Source: Oscillospiraceae bacterium
Lineage (GTDB): Bacteria; Bacillota; Clostridia; Oscillospirales; CAG-272
Assembly (NCBI GenBank): GCA_015065045.1
Contig: SVRB01000002.1
Span: forward strand, 1 to 35,106
Reading direction: 5' to 3'
Length of the DNA stretch: 35,106 bases
Below are positions 9,317 to 18,861 of the stretch, one piece after another (positions within the stretch are counted from its first letter, which is position 1; each line of letters starts with the position of its first letter). The notes under the pieces were generated by a model, which ran no database searches, was not told the origin of the DNA, and worked only from the letters and a program-made list of their open reading frames with translations. The position numbers and the translations under genes were made by a program.

Positions 9317-10348
9317 TCAATCGAACTCATAATACTTCTTAACCTTCGAAAAACTAACTGCTTTTTCGGGGTCCTTAAGATATCTTTCGAGCGCCTTGCC
9401 CGTTCCGATAGCAACGCTTGAAATAGCATTTTCGGCAACACGAGTCTTTATTCCCGTAACGTTTGCCGTCAAATGATCTATTCCGTAAAGCATACTTCCG
9501 CCGCCGGTCATCACAATTCCGTTTTTAGTAACGTCCTTAAGCATCTCGGGCGGAATCTTTTCAATAACCGAGCAAACCGCTTCAATTATTGCCGTTACCG
9601 GTTCTTCAAGCGCTCCCACCATCTCCGACGATGTGATCTTTACAGCCTTCGGCAGTCCATCAAGAAGATTTTTACCCTTCACCTCAACGCTTACGGGTTC
9701 CTCTCTTTGCCATACAGTTCCGATCTCCTGCTTCACTCTCTCAACAGTTCTCTCACCGACAAGCAAATTATGTCTTCTTCTTATATATCTCGTAATAGCC
9801 TCGTCAAATTTATCTCCGCCAACCCTTACCGATTCGGAAAAAGCAATCTGTCCATATGAAATGACAGCAATATCGGTAGTGCCTCCACCAATATCTATAA
9901 TCATTTTTGCATCGGGCTCCATAATATCAAGTCCTGCTCCGATAGCCGCAGCCAACGGTTCCTCAACAAGATAAGTATATCTCGCGCCAATCTGAGTCGC
10001 AGCATCTCTGACCGCTCTCTCTTCAACGTCCGTTATACCACTGGGAACACAAATTGCAACGGTCGGTTTAAATATCTGAGAAACGGATATAGCCTTCTTC
10101 AAAAAATGCTGAAGCATAGCGAGCGTTACCTCATATTTACTGATAACCCCCTCGCTCATAGGCTTTATCACAGAAATTCCGGGCGGTGTTTTGCCTTGCA
10201 TTAAAAGTGCTTCTTTTCCTACCTCTATGAGTTCTCCCGTTTCGTCATTAACAGCAACGGCAGACGGCTCGTCAAGAACGATGCCCTTACCCTTTATATA
10301 TATAAGAACAGATGACGTTCCAAGATCGATACCTATATATCTTGCCAA
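9317..10348 (-). CDS. mreB: Rod-shape-determining actin homolog, MreB/Mbl family
   Basis: The 343-aa product carries IGIDLGTSSVLIYIKGKGIVLDEPSAVA, DIGGGTTDIAVIS and VMTGGGSML, which are the MreB phosphate-1, phosphate-2 and adenosine motifs. It uses a TTG start preceded by a GGGAGGAG RBS. No mreC or mreD gene is adjacent. Confidence 0.9.
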   Translation of the reverse strand: MARYIGIDLGTSSVLIYIKGKGIVLDEPSAVAVNDETGELIEVGKEALLMQGKTPPGISVIKPMSEGVISKYEVTLAMLQHFLKKAISVSQIFKPTVAICVPSGITDVEERAVRDAATQIGARYTYLVEEPLAAAIGAGLDIMEPDAKMIIDIGGGTTDIAVISYGQIAFSESVRVGGDKFDEAITRYIRRRHNLLVGERTVERVKQEIGTVWQREEPVSVEVKGKNLLDGLPKAVKITSSEMVGALEEPVTAIIEAVCSVIEKIPPEMLKDVTKNGIVMTGGGSMLYGIDHLTANVTGIKTRVAENAISSVAIGTGKALERYLKDPEKAVSFSKVKKYYEFD

Positions 10349-10392
10349 CCAAAACTCCTCCCTTCATTAAATTTATTATCCATTCCCTTTTA

Positions 10393-10421
10393 ATTATACA
10401 ACATCTTAAAGCTTTTTGCAA
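10393..10421 (-). promoter_or_regulatory. Candidate promoter of the mreB-like gene (TTGCAA-17-TATAAT)
   Basis: On the minus strand the -35 is at 10421-10416 and the -10 at 10398-10393. Confidence 0.55.
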
Positions 10422-10477
10422 CATTTTTTATTCGATTACAAAAAATACATTTCAAAGATATTTTTACTAAGCTTTAC

Positions 10478-10510
10478 TCAAAAAAATGCTCCGTAAAAAC
10501 GGAGCATTTT
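10478..10510 (-). terminator. Intrinsic terminator of SBP-like paralog 2
   Basis: A 10-bp stem (aatgctccgt / acggagcatt) with an aaaa loop has T-runs on both sides. Confidence 0.75.
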
Positions 10511-10531
10511 GTCTTAGTACCACACGGATAC

Positions 10532-11995
10532 TTATGATATCATACCGAATTCCTTATAGATCTTCTTAATATCAGCTTCAATAGCCTTCTGATTTCTCTT
10601 GTATGTAGATGAAATATTTGTAAATCTTACGTCCTGGTCGAGAACCTTAGATGTAATACTTCCGAAGTTGTAGTAAATACCGATATCATATACACGGTTA
10701 TTCTTTACGATTTCAAGGTTATCTTCCGATTCAACGTCCTGTGTATATCTTCTCTTAAGAAGCTTTTCAAACCATGCATTCTTAAGGTCGATACTCGAAT
10801 AGTAGTTCAAATCTTCAATAATATCAGCCGCTCTTTCAAGTGCTTCGCCTTCCAATGTGTTAGGCATTGCAACCATCGAACAGTTATAAGGATACATTGC
10901 GTAGTAATTTTCCTGAGTGCTGTCATATTTCGGGAAAGGAACTATACCGAATTCGCTTTCCATATCAGCGAACTGACGGATAATACCTGCGCCCTGATAG
11001 TGGAACAAATACAAATCCTGACAGAACAATGAACGAGCGTAATTCCACTTGTTTGCATAACCGTGAGCGTCACTGCTCATATCATTTATACACCAAGAAG
11101 CCTGATCACTGAAAACCTCTTTACACTTTTCGTAAACCTTAATGGTCTTATCTGTATCCATAAGTGTAACCTTCGGAATACCGTCTTCACCGTTAGTTGT
11201 AGCTCTTATACCGGTACCGTAAAGGAACATTCTTCCGTTATGATATTCATAAAGATTACTGTATCTATCGGTTTCTGTGTATTTACCGTCACCGTTTACG
11301 TCATCACAAATAGCTGTAGCAAGAATTGACCAGCTATCAAGTGTCCATTTGTTATTTTGCATATATTCATACGGGCTTGTGAGGTTCTTATCTTTAATAA
11401 GCTGCTTATTGAAGAACACAACAAACGCAAGCTCCATTACGTTAAGGTCACAGTTTGTGAAGTACAGCTTGTCACCGATCTTGAGCTGTTCGGATGCGTT
11501 ACTATCCCAGTAAGACTTGGACATATCAAATCTGTCTATTGTATTAAGGTCAAGAAGAAGTCCTTCTTTTGCCATTGTAGCAAGACGCTGTGTGTTGTCT
11601 ATAATAAGGTCGAATTCTGTTCCGCCGCTCATTACCTGCGAACGAACGGTAGACAAAACGTCCGTAACTACAATATGATTAAACGTTATGTTGTACTTGT
11701 CAGCCAAAACACTGTTTCTCTTATATACAGCATCTGCGATAAGTTCACCCGTTTCACCTTCGGAAACCAAATAACCTATGTTGTATGAGTTTCCTCCCTG
11801 TGTAATAAAAGAAAATTCATATCCATCATAGTTTTTTGAAGGAATATTAGGGTTCTCCTCTGAATGATTATAAAACGAGTCAGAAATTTCGGGAAGCTCT
11901 TCCGGCGGCTTCTTTGTACAAGAAACAACCATCGATAACATCATAATTGCTATCAAAACTATTGCCATTATTCTTGAAAAGTTCTTAGTTTTCAT
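10532..11995 (-). CDS. Lipoprotein resembling an extracellular solute-binding protein (paralog 2)
   Basis: By eye it is roughly two-thirds identical to paralog 1 over the full length. I place the start at MKTKNFSRIMAIV (ATG at 11995) because an AAGGAGG RBS precedes it and the predicted promoter lies inside the longer tracked ORF. The lipobox is VVSC. Confidence 0.8.
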   Translation of the reverse strand: MKTKNFSRIMAIVLIAIMMLSMVVSCTKKPPEELPEISDSFYNHSEENPNIPSKNYDGYEFSFITQGGNSYNIGYLVSEGETGELIADAVYKRNSVLADKYNITFNHIVVTDVLSTVRSQVMSGGTEFDLIIDNTQRLATMAKEGLLLDLNTIDRFDMSKSYWDSNASEQLKIGDKLYFTNCDLNVMELAFVVFFNKQLIKDKNLTSPYEYMQNNKWTLDSWSILATAICDDVNGDGKYTETDRYSNLYEYHNGRMFLYGTGIRATTNGEDGIPKVTLMDTDKTIKVYEKCKEVFSDQASWCINDMSSDAHGYANKWNYARSLFCQDLYLFHYQGAGIIRQFADMESEFGIVPFPKYDSTQENYYAMYPYNCSMVAMPNTLEGEALERAADIIEDLNYYSSIDLKNAWFEKLLKRRYTQDVESEDNLEIVKNNRVYDIGIYYNFGSITSKVLDQDVRFTNISSTYKRNQKAIEADIKKIYKEFGMIS

Positions 11996-12025
11996 ACAAT
12001 CCTCCTTATCAAAACTTATAGAGTT

Positions 12026-12054
12026 AGTATAACAAAAACAACCCACTTTGTCAA
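12026..12054 (-). promoter_or_regulatory. Candidate promoter of SBP-like paralog 2 (TTGACA-17-TATACT)
   Basis: On the minus strand the -35 is at 12054-12049 and the -10 at 12031-12026. The hexamers are the same as for paralog 1. Confidence 0.6.
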
Positions 12055-12195
12055 CAATTTATGTGCAAAAATCACTTTTTGTTTTAAAAAAATATATACA
12101 GATTGTGAATTTTAGCAAAATTTGTTTTATTTTTTCGTCATTTCTAACATTTCCCTTAAAAAGTGTAATTTAATGTAAGAAATTTGCAATTACAC

Positions 12196-12224
12196 TTGAA
12201 ATGGCTTTTGCAATATGTTATAAT
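12196..12224 (+). promoter_or_regulatory. Candidate promoter of argS (TTGAAA-17-TATAAT with TGn extension)
   Basis: The -35 is at 12196-12201, the TG at 12216-12217, and the -10 at 12219-12224. The leader is only about 65 nt, which is too short for a T-box. Confidence 0.6.
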
Positions 12225-12291
12225 ATATAAGTTAAAATGGGTTAATATACGTTAGTAAATTGTAAAAATTTACATCAGAAAGGATAAATAT

Positions 12292-14007
12292 ATGTTACTT
12301 TTCAAGAACAGTCTGTCTTGCGAGTTAAAAGCAGTGCTCGACAGCATAAATTCTTCTCACGGACTCGACGAAGAAAAAATTGCACAAATGCTTGAATATC
12401 CCCCTGATGAAAAAATGGGAGATATTGCGCTTCCCTGCTTTAAGCTCTCTAAATCACTCCGTATGTCTCCGGTTATGATCTCGGAAAAGATCGCATCGGA
12501 ATTAAAGCATGAAAATATAGAAAAAACCGACACGGTAAACGGATACCTTAACATTTATATCAAAAAGAGTTATTTCTCAAACCAGATCCTTAACGGTGTT
12601 TTGGAAAAGGGAGATAAGTACGGTTCTTTTGATTTCGGAAAAGGCAAGACCGTCGTACTCGACTATTCTTCCCCCAACGTTGCAAAGCCCTTCCATATAG
12701 GTCACCTCGGCACTACCGTTATCGGTCACTCCCTTAAAAAGCTCCACGAATTTGCAGGATACTCTTGCGTTGGTGTAAACCACCTCGGCGACTGGGGCAC
12801 TCAGTTCGGAAAGCTCATCGTTGCTTATAACCTTTGGGGAGACAAGCAGACTATCGAAGAAAAAGGTATAGACGAGCTTGTTGCTCTCTACGTAAGATTC
12901 CACAAGGAAGCTGAAGCAAATCCCGAGCTTAATGATCAGGCAAGAGCTGAATTTACAAAGCTTGAGCATTTCGATGAAGAAAATATGAAGCTCTGGAAAT
13001 GGTTTATCGACATAAGTATCGAAGAATACAAAAAGACCTACAAACAGCTTGATATCGAATTTGACAGCTATTGCGGCGAAAGCTTTTACAGCGACAAAAT
13101 GCCCGCTGTAATCGAAGAAATGAAGCAAAAGAATCTTCTTAAGATAGACGATGGTGCATCGGTGGTAGACCTTGAAGAATACAAGATGCCCCCTTGCCTT
13201 ATACTTAAGCGAGACGGCTCTTCACTCTACCCTGCAAGAGACATTTCCGCTGCCCTCTCCAGAAAGAACGTTTATAATTTCGAGAAAGTTATTTACGTTA
13301 CCGACGCAGGACAGTCACTCCACTTTGCTCAGTGGTTCAAGGTAGTTGAGCTTATGGGATATGAATGGGCAAAGAACCTCGTACACGTTCCATACGGAAA
13401 AGTAAGCTTGAACGGCGAAAAGCTTGCAACAAGAACGGGTAACGTTATTCTTCTTAAAGACCTCTTCGCATCCGCTATTGATAAAGTAAAAGATATTATG
13501 GACGAAAAGAACCCCAACCTCGAAAACAGAGACGAAAAAGCTACTGCAGTCGGTGTTGGCGCTATCGTATTCTATTATCTTTCAAACAACAGAATCAAAG
13601 ATATAAACTTTATGCTTGAAGATGCGCTTTGCTTCGACGGAAACACAGGCCCCTACGCTCAGTACACTTACGCAAGAACCTGCAGTGTGCTTGAAAAGGC
13701 AAAGGATATCGACAGAAGCGCTGAAACAAACTACGAGATCAACGATAAGGAAAAAGCATTGCTTCGCACAATTTCATTGTTCCCCGAAAAGATACTTCAG
13801 GCAATCAACGAATACGAGCCTTCGGTTATCACAAGATATATACTCGACGTATGTACGGCATTCAACGGATTTTACCACGACTGCCAGATACTCGGAGCGG
13901 AAGACGAAGACACAAAAATATTCAGACTTAACCTCACAGAAGCAACAAAATACGTTCTCGGTAACGCATTCGGGCTTATCTGCATGAGAAAAACAGAAAA
14001 GATTTAA
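12292..14007 (+). CDS. argS: Arginine--tRNA ligase
   Basis: The 571-aa product has the class I HIGH motif (PFHIGHLG) and ArgRS-type N-terminal and anticodon-binding regions. Confidence 0.95.
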   Translation: MLLFKNSLSCELKAVLDSINSSHGLDEEKIAQMLEYPPDEKMGDIALPCFKLSKSLRMSPVMISEKIASELKHENIEKTDTVNGYLNIYIKKSYFSNQILNGVLEKGDKYGSFDFGKGKTVVLDYSSPNVAKPFHIGHLGTTVIGHSLKKLHEFAGYSCVGVNHLGDWGTQFGKLIVAYNLWGDKQTIEEKGIDELVALYVRFHKEAEANPELNDQARAEFTKLEHFDEENMKLWKWFIDISIEEYKKTYKQLDIEFDSYCGESFYSDKMPAVIEEMKQKNLLKIDDGASVVDLEEYKMPPCLILKRDGSSLYPARDISAALSRKNVYNFEKVIYVTDAGQSLHFAQWFKVVELMGYEWAKNLVHVPYGKVSLNGEKLATRTGNVILLKDLFASAIDKVKDIMDEKNPNLENRDEKATAVGVGAIVFYYLSNNRIKDINFMLEDALCFDGNTGPYAQYTYARTCSVLEKAKDIDRSAETNYEINDKEKALLRTISLFPEKILQAINEYEPSVITRYILDVCTAFNGFYHDCQILGAEDEDTKIFRLNLTEATKYVLGNAFGLICMRKTEKI

Positions 14008-14020
14008 GGAGATTTTAATT

Positions 14021-14755
14021 ATGTCAGGACATTCAAAATGGAAAAATATTATGCATAAAAAAGAAAAGACCGATGCTCAAAAGGCAAAAGTTTTTTCAAA
14101 GGTAGGCAAGGAAATTACAGTATGCGTTAAAGAAGGCGGCGCTGACCCCACATCAAACAGCAAGCTCCGCGACCTTATTTCTAAGGCAAAGTCTCTTAAC
14201 GTTCCTAACGACAACATTGACCGTATTATCAAAAAGGCTACAGCAGCAGACAGCGCAAACTACGAAGAAATCGTTTACGAGGGCTACGGTCCTTCCGGTG
14301 TTGCCGTTATCGTAGAAGCATTGACGGATAACAGAAACCGTACAGGCGGTGACGTAAGACACTACTTCGACAAATACGGCGCGAGCCTTGGTCAGACAGG
14401 CTGCGTAAGCTACCTCTTTACAGATAAAGGCGTTGTTATCGTATCAAAAACCGACGGTGTTGATGAAGACAAGCTTATGGAAGACGCTCTTGAAGCAGGT
14501 GCTGAAGACTTTGTTGCTGACGGCGAAATTTTCGAAATCTACACAACTCCCGAGGATCTCGATTTTGTAAGCCAGACCCTTAAGGACAAAGGCTACTCTG
14601 TTGAATCTGCAGAAAAAGATAAAATTCCTTCAAACTACGTAACACTCGAAAGCGAAGATGATCTTAAGAAGATGAGACTTCTCATTGAGTATCTCGAAGA
14701 TCACGACGACGTTCAGGAAATCTATCACAACTGGGAAGAACCCGACGCTGAATAA
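14021..14755 (+). CDS. yebC: YebC/PmpR family DNA-binding transcriptional regulator
   Basis: The N-terminus MSGHSKWKNIMHKKEKTDAQKAKVFSK is diagnostic. The product is 244 aa and the gene starts 13 nt after argS. Confidence 0.95.
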   Translation: MSGHSKWKNIMHKKEKTDAQKAKVFSKVGKEITVCVKEGGADPTSNSKLRDLISKAKSLNVPNDNIDRIIKKATAADSANYEEIVYEGYGPSGVAVIVEALTDNRNRTGGDVRHYFDKYGASLGQTGCVSYLFTDKGVVIVSKTDGVDEDKLMEDALEAGAEDFVADGEIFEIYTTPEDLDFVSQTLKDKGYSVESAEKDKIPSNYVTLESEDDLKKMRLLIEYLEDHDDVQEIYHNWEEPDAE

Positions 14756-14770
14756 GCTGAATAAAATAAT

Positions 14771-14808
14771 AAGCAGAACGAACATTTTCATTCGTTCTGC
14801 TTTTTATT
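14771..14808. terminator. Bidirectional intrinsic terminator (yebC and the convergent membrane-protein gene)
   Basis: A 12-bp stem (aagcagaacgaa / ttcgttctgctt) has T-rich tracts on both strands. Confidence 0.8.
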
Positions 14809-15211
14809 ATTTTCGTCTGCTTTTATGCTTTTTTCTCTTTTTGGATTTTGGAATACCTATATATCCACCAACAGAAGAAATCACAACAATAAGCAAAAAC
14901 ATTATCCATCTTACAAAACCGCCTTCGCCGACGTTGTTGCTCGAAATCAACGACAAAACCACAACAAAAAGCATAAATATGCCTCCTGTTACAGCCCCTG
15001 ACAATAAACCCATTCCTCTGTTAAATCTTGACGACAAAAATCCACCCACAAAAGCCCCTATATAAAGAACAGCCATGCTCACCAAATTTATAAGGCTGTC
15101 AGGATCCTTGCTTGTATAACAAAAATACCCAAAAACAAAAACCAACAGGATAGCCGATATGATCGAAGCTATAAAACCTTTTACACAATTTTTAAAAAAC
15201 AAACTATTCAA
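14807..15211 (-). CDS. Small polytopic membrane protein (TIGR04086/YrzE-like) with a Lys/Arg-rich C-terminus
   Basis: The 134-aa product has four hydrophobic segments. It uses a TTG start with an AGAGGGTG RBS and sits immediately downstream of yajC, as is often seen in Firmicutes. The family assignment is from memory. Confidence 0.6.
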   Translation of the reverse strand: MNSLFFKNCVKGFIASIISAILLVFVFGYFCYTSKDPDSLINLVSMAVLYIGAFVGGFLSSRFNRGMGLLSGAVTGGIFMLFVVVLSLISSNNVGEGGFVRWIMFLLIVVISSVGGYIGIPKSKKRKKHKSRRK

Positions 15212-15284
15212 AGAAAAAACACCCTCTCATAAACATCTTTTGATAAATGTCTATGATGGGTGTTATGTTTTTATTCCAAAAAAA

Positions 15285-15605
15285 TTATTCGCAGTCCTCT
15301 GCCTTTACGTCAACGCATTTTACAGCGCTCTTCAAAATACGAATCTTTGTCTTATCTCCGCTGCTTTCAAGAAGAACTGTTTCTTCCTTAATGCTGATGA
15401 TCTTTCCGATAATTCCTCCGATCGTAGTGATCTCGTCACCAACCTGAAGGTTGTTTCTCATATCCTGAATCATTCTTTCCTGCTTCTTCTGGGGCTTGAT
15501 CATAAACAAATACATAAGCACCAACATAAGACCTAAAAGAATCAAAGAGCCGTATTTTTCCATAAAACTAAGATTTGCAGCTTCTGCCAACATTCTGTTA
15601 AACAT
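15285..15605 (-). CDS. yajC: Preprotein translocase subunit YajC
   Basis: The 106-aa product has a single TM segment followed by IKPQKKQ and VGDEITTIGGIIGKI, the YajC signature. Confidence 0.9.
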   Translation of the reverse strand: MFNRMLAEAANLSFMEKYGSLILLGLMLVLMYLFMIKPQKKQERMIQDMRNNLQVGDEITTIGGIIGKIISIKEETVLLESSGDKTKIRILKSAVKCVDVKAEDCE

Positions 15606-15718
15606 ATTTTTATGCCTCCAATATATTCTTTAATATTTTCTACAATTATACACTCAAAACGATTTAGTTGCAAGTACATAATGTAAATTTTTGTATAACA
15701 ACTATCATTTTCCTTTTT

Positions 15719-17854
15719 TTAAGTATTACGCAATCTGAAAAACAACCTTTGCATATATCTGTTTGCCCCTCTGTTTTCGGGAAGTGATAACGTTCTGTCG
15801 TTGGACAGCACCCTCTCAGCCTCATCAAAGGCTTTTTTCAGCATAGCCATATCACAAAGCGAAGCAAATCTGAATCTCATACCGCCGCTCTGTCTTGCAT
15901 CCCCCTTGCTGTCCGGGAAAAAGTCTCCCGGCCCTCTTTGTTCAAGGTCTGCCTGAGCTATCTTATAGCCGTCATTTGTTGAACACATAACGCTGAGTCT
16001 CTGCCTTGCCTTTTCCTTGTCGCTCGAAGAAACAAGTACACAATAAGATTTGTCAGCGCCCCTTCCTACACGGCCCCTCAACTGATGCAACTGCGAAAGA
16101 CCAAATCTTTCTGCATTCTCGATGACCATCAAAACGGCATTCGGTACGTTTACACCGACCTCGATAACCGTTGTTGATACGAGTATCTTTATCTTATTCT
16201 GCTCAAAATCGCGCATTACACGATCCTTTTCGGATGACTTCATCTTTCCGTGAATAAGACCTATCGGAATATCGGGAAACACCTCATTCTTAAGATGCTC
16301 GGCAAGTGCCACCGCCGATCTTAATTTTGGTTTATTATTGATTTCAACATCATCAGCGGTAAAATCAAACGGCAATAACGCTTCTTCCTCGCTATCGCCC
16401 TCATCAACCATAGGGCATACTATATAAACCTGATTTTTCTCGGCATTTTTTCTTATAAATCCGTTCAGTCTCTCTCGATACCCCTCGTCGACCAAAAACG
16501 TATCGACAGGCTTTCTTCCGGGCGGGAGCTCATCAAGAGCCGATATATCAAGATCTCCGTAAATTATCATAGCCAACGTTCTTGGAATAGGCGTTGCCGT
16601 CATAACCAAAACGTGCGCATCATAACCGTCATCTCTTGTTTTTTCAGCAAGAACAGAACGCTGTCTTACACCAAATCTATGCTGTTCGTCGGTTATCACA
16701 AGTCCCAAACGGTCAAATTCAAGCTTATCGTTAAGTAACGCGTGTGTGCCTATAATAACTTTTATATCTCCTACAGCAACACCGTCGTATATTCTTCTTT
16801 TCTCCGATGCCGAAGTTGCTCCCGTTATCAAAGCCGTTTTTATACCCAGCTTTTCAAACATAGGTGACAATTCATTATAATGCTGAGTTGCCAATATTTC
16901 CGTAGGCGCCATAAAAGCTCCCTGCGTATTGTTTTTCACAGCAACGTACAGAGACAGCGCAGCGCATACCGTCTTACCGCTTCCAACGTCTCCCGACAAC
17001 AATCTATTCATCGGTCTGCCTGACGATTCAGACATATCGTTTATAATTTCTCTGACCGACCTGTCCTGAGCCTTGGTCAATGAATACGGCAGTATAGATA
17101 AAAATCCGCTTATATCCGTGTCTGACATAACAATAGCGTTACCCTGCTTTTCTCGCTTTTTGGATATTGATAATCCTAAAGCAAAAGCATACAGTTCCTC
17201 AAACACAAACCTTTCACGCGCTTTTTTTACCCTTTCTATATCTGTCGGAAAATGTATCTCACAAAGAGCATCCTTTAAGCTCATAAGCCCCATTTTTTCC
17301 AACGTATCAGCCGTAAATATTTCCGGAAAATCATAACCTTCCCAAACCAAGCTGTTAAAAGCTGTCTCGGTGACCGATTTTATAAAATTCTGACTTAACC
17401 CGTCAGTCAGCGGATATACGGGTATTAGCTCCTTCAGTTTTTTCCCCGGTAAAACAGGCTCGTACACAGGAGAAGATAATTCTCTTGCATTGTATTTTAC
17501 TGAAAGCTTTCCGTAAAACCTGAATTCATCGCCTACGTGAAATATATCTTTAACAAAAGGCTGATTAAAAAACGTTATAGTACACTTCCCCGAATCATCA
17601 AACGCCACAAATTTTGTAATTTGCTTACGGTTTTTTAGCATAAATGTCTGTGGCTTAGTAGCAACAGTAAGCATAAAAGAACCAACCGTTCCGTCGGGAG
17701 TCATTGCAAGAGAAAGCACGTTACCTCTGTTTTGGTATGCTCTCGGAAAATGATACAAAAGATCTTCAACAGTTTTTATGCCAAGATTATAAAAGCTCTC
17801 GCACCTTTTCTTGCCAACGCCGCCAAGACTTCCGATATGAGTTGAAAAATCCAT
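15719..17854 (-). CDS. recG: ATP-dependent DNA helicase RecG
   Basis: The 711-aa product has a wedge/OB N-terminal region, Walker A (GDVGSGKT), a DEQH box (ITDEQHRFG), and the helicase C motif QLHQLRGRVGRG. Confidence 0.95.
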   Translation of the reverse strand: MDFSTHIGSLGGVGKKRCESFYNLGIKTVEDLLYHFPRAYQNRGNVLSLAMTPDGTVGSFMLTVATKPQTFMLKNRKQITKFVAFDDSGKCTITFFNQPFVKDIFHVGDEFRFYGKLSVKYNARELSSPVYEPVLPGKKLKELIPVYPLTDGLSQNFIKSVTETAFNSLVWEGYDFPEIFTADTLEKMGLMSLKDALCEIHFPTDIERVKKARERFVFEELYAFALGLSISKKREKQGNAIVMSDTDISGFLSILPYSLTKAQDRSVREIINDMSESSGRPMNRLLSGDVGSGKTVCAALSLYVAVKNNTQGAFMAPTEILATQHYNELSPMFEKLGIKTALITGATSASEKRRIYDGVAVGDIKVIIGTHALLNDKLEFDRLGLVITDEQHRFGVRQRSVLAEKTRDDGYDAHVLVMTATPIPRTLAMIIYGDLDISALDELPPGRKPVDTFLVDEGYRERLNGFIRKNAEKNQVYIVCPMVDEGDSEEEALLPFDFTADDVEINNKPKLRSAVALAEHLKNEVFPDIPIGLIHGKMKSSEKDRVMRDFEQNKIKILVSTTVIEVGVNVPNAVLMVIENAERFGLSQLHQLRGRVGRGADKSYCVLVSSSDKEKARQRLSVMCSTNDGYKIAQADLEQRGPGDFFPDSKGDARQSGGMRFRFASLCDMAMLKKAFDEAERVLSNDRTLSLPENRGANRYMQRLFFRLRNT

Positions 17855-17906
17855 ATGCCATTCTCCTCTCTTTAACTTTTTAGTACGAAAAAATTATAAT
17901 CAATAA

Positions 17907-17925
17907 GGCGGAGAAATTCTCCGCC
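17907..17925 (-). terminator. Hairpin downstream of the 297-aa membrane-protein gene (probable terminator)
   Basis: An 8-bp GC-rich stem (ggcggaga / tctccgcc) with a 3-nt loop lies 6 nt after the stop codon. A moderately T-rich tract follows on the minus strand. Confidence 0.5.
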
Positions 17926-17931
17926 ATTGTT

Positions 17932-18825
17932 TTATTCAATTTCGTCTATAGAAAAAATATCGTTTTTGGGCGCGTTTTTGCGAGAAAATATCTTCTTACC
18001 GTCAAAATTACAGCCTATCGCAAAATCAACCGATCTTGCAAATACATACAAAGCCAATCCGCATCCGTACAATGCGTATGACATATCTAAAGTCAACTTT
18101 GCCTTTCCGAGCAAAAGCTCTGCCAAATCGGGAACAAACGCAGTTGATAAAAACAGTATAGTCAAATTAGATAAAATAAAATATACAACGGGCTTTGACT
18201 TACCTATATGACATCTCGTTTCGAAAAGCTGATACACCAACAAAACAATAAGTGCTGTCTGCTGAACGATTCTTAAAGGACTGTTTATTACACTCGAGTG
18301 ATCAAAATACACACTCATAATGTAAACCAAAGTCCAAATCATAGGAAAGAACGAGAACCAGCTTATTATGTCGTTACTTTTCTTAGTCGTAAAGCCTACG
18401 ATCAAGAAATATATCGCTGCAGGTATAGCAAGAACAGAGCAAGCAAATCGGAGTCTATACACCATCATCTGAGAGTTGCCCATTTCTGATACCGCTTCCT
18501 TCGACATAAAGAACATAACAGCAGTAAACAACACCAAAAATGCTGCTGCAATACTTATGATCGACGTCAAAACCGATCCGTATTTCAATTGCTTAGGCAT
18601 CGCATCAAGTCTCATAATAAAAGCAGGCGTTATGATAAAAAGAACCGCGATAACCATAAAAATGCCGAAAGCTTCGGGCGTAACAACACCAACCTTGTAA
18701 AGATCTACACTTTCATCAATATAGTTATTCTTTACTATATACTGAAAGAATGCGGCAACAGCTGATATTATCACCGTTAAGCCAACGTATAACCAAGATA
18801 CTTTTCTATTCTCATTCATAACCAT
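17932..18825 (-). CDS. Uncharacterised polytopic integral membrane protein
   Basis: The 297-aa product has about 8 hydrophobic segments, and I recognise no family motif. The start may instead be the second ATG at 18819, which has better spacing to the AAGGA RBS. Confidence 0.6.
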   Translation of the reverse strand: MVMNENRKVSWLYVGLTVIISAVAAFFQYIVKNNYIDESVDLYKVGVVTPEAFGIFMVIAVLFIITPAFIMRLDAMPKQLKYGSVLTSIISIAAAFLVLFTAVMFFMSKEAVSEMGNSQMMVYRLRFACSVLAIPAAIYFLIVGFTTKKSNDIISWFSFFPMIWTLVYIMSVYFDHSSVINSPLRIVQQTALIVLLVYQLFETRCHIGKSKPVVYFILSNLTILFLSTAFVPDLAELLLGKAKLTLDMSYALYGCGLALYVFARSVDFAIGCNFDGKKIFSRKNAPKNDIFSIDEIE

Positions 18826-18861
18826 TTTCCTTGCTTATATTTTTTATTTCTAGCTTAAGCT

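Noticed and set aside
11996-12046. A 17-codon N-terminal extension (MGCFCYTNSISFDKEDC) of the SBP-like paralog 2 ORF.
   Set aside because: A strong AAGGAGG RBS precedes the internal ATG at 11995, and the product from that start begins with a classical lipoprotein signal peptide. The predicted promoter -10 (12031-12026) lies inside the extension.
14685-15536. Plus-strand ORFs (14685-15065, 15159-15536, 15247-15447) opposite the yajC and TIGR04086-like genes.
   Set aside because: They are antisense shadows of two well-supported minus-strand genes and have no translation signals.
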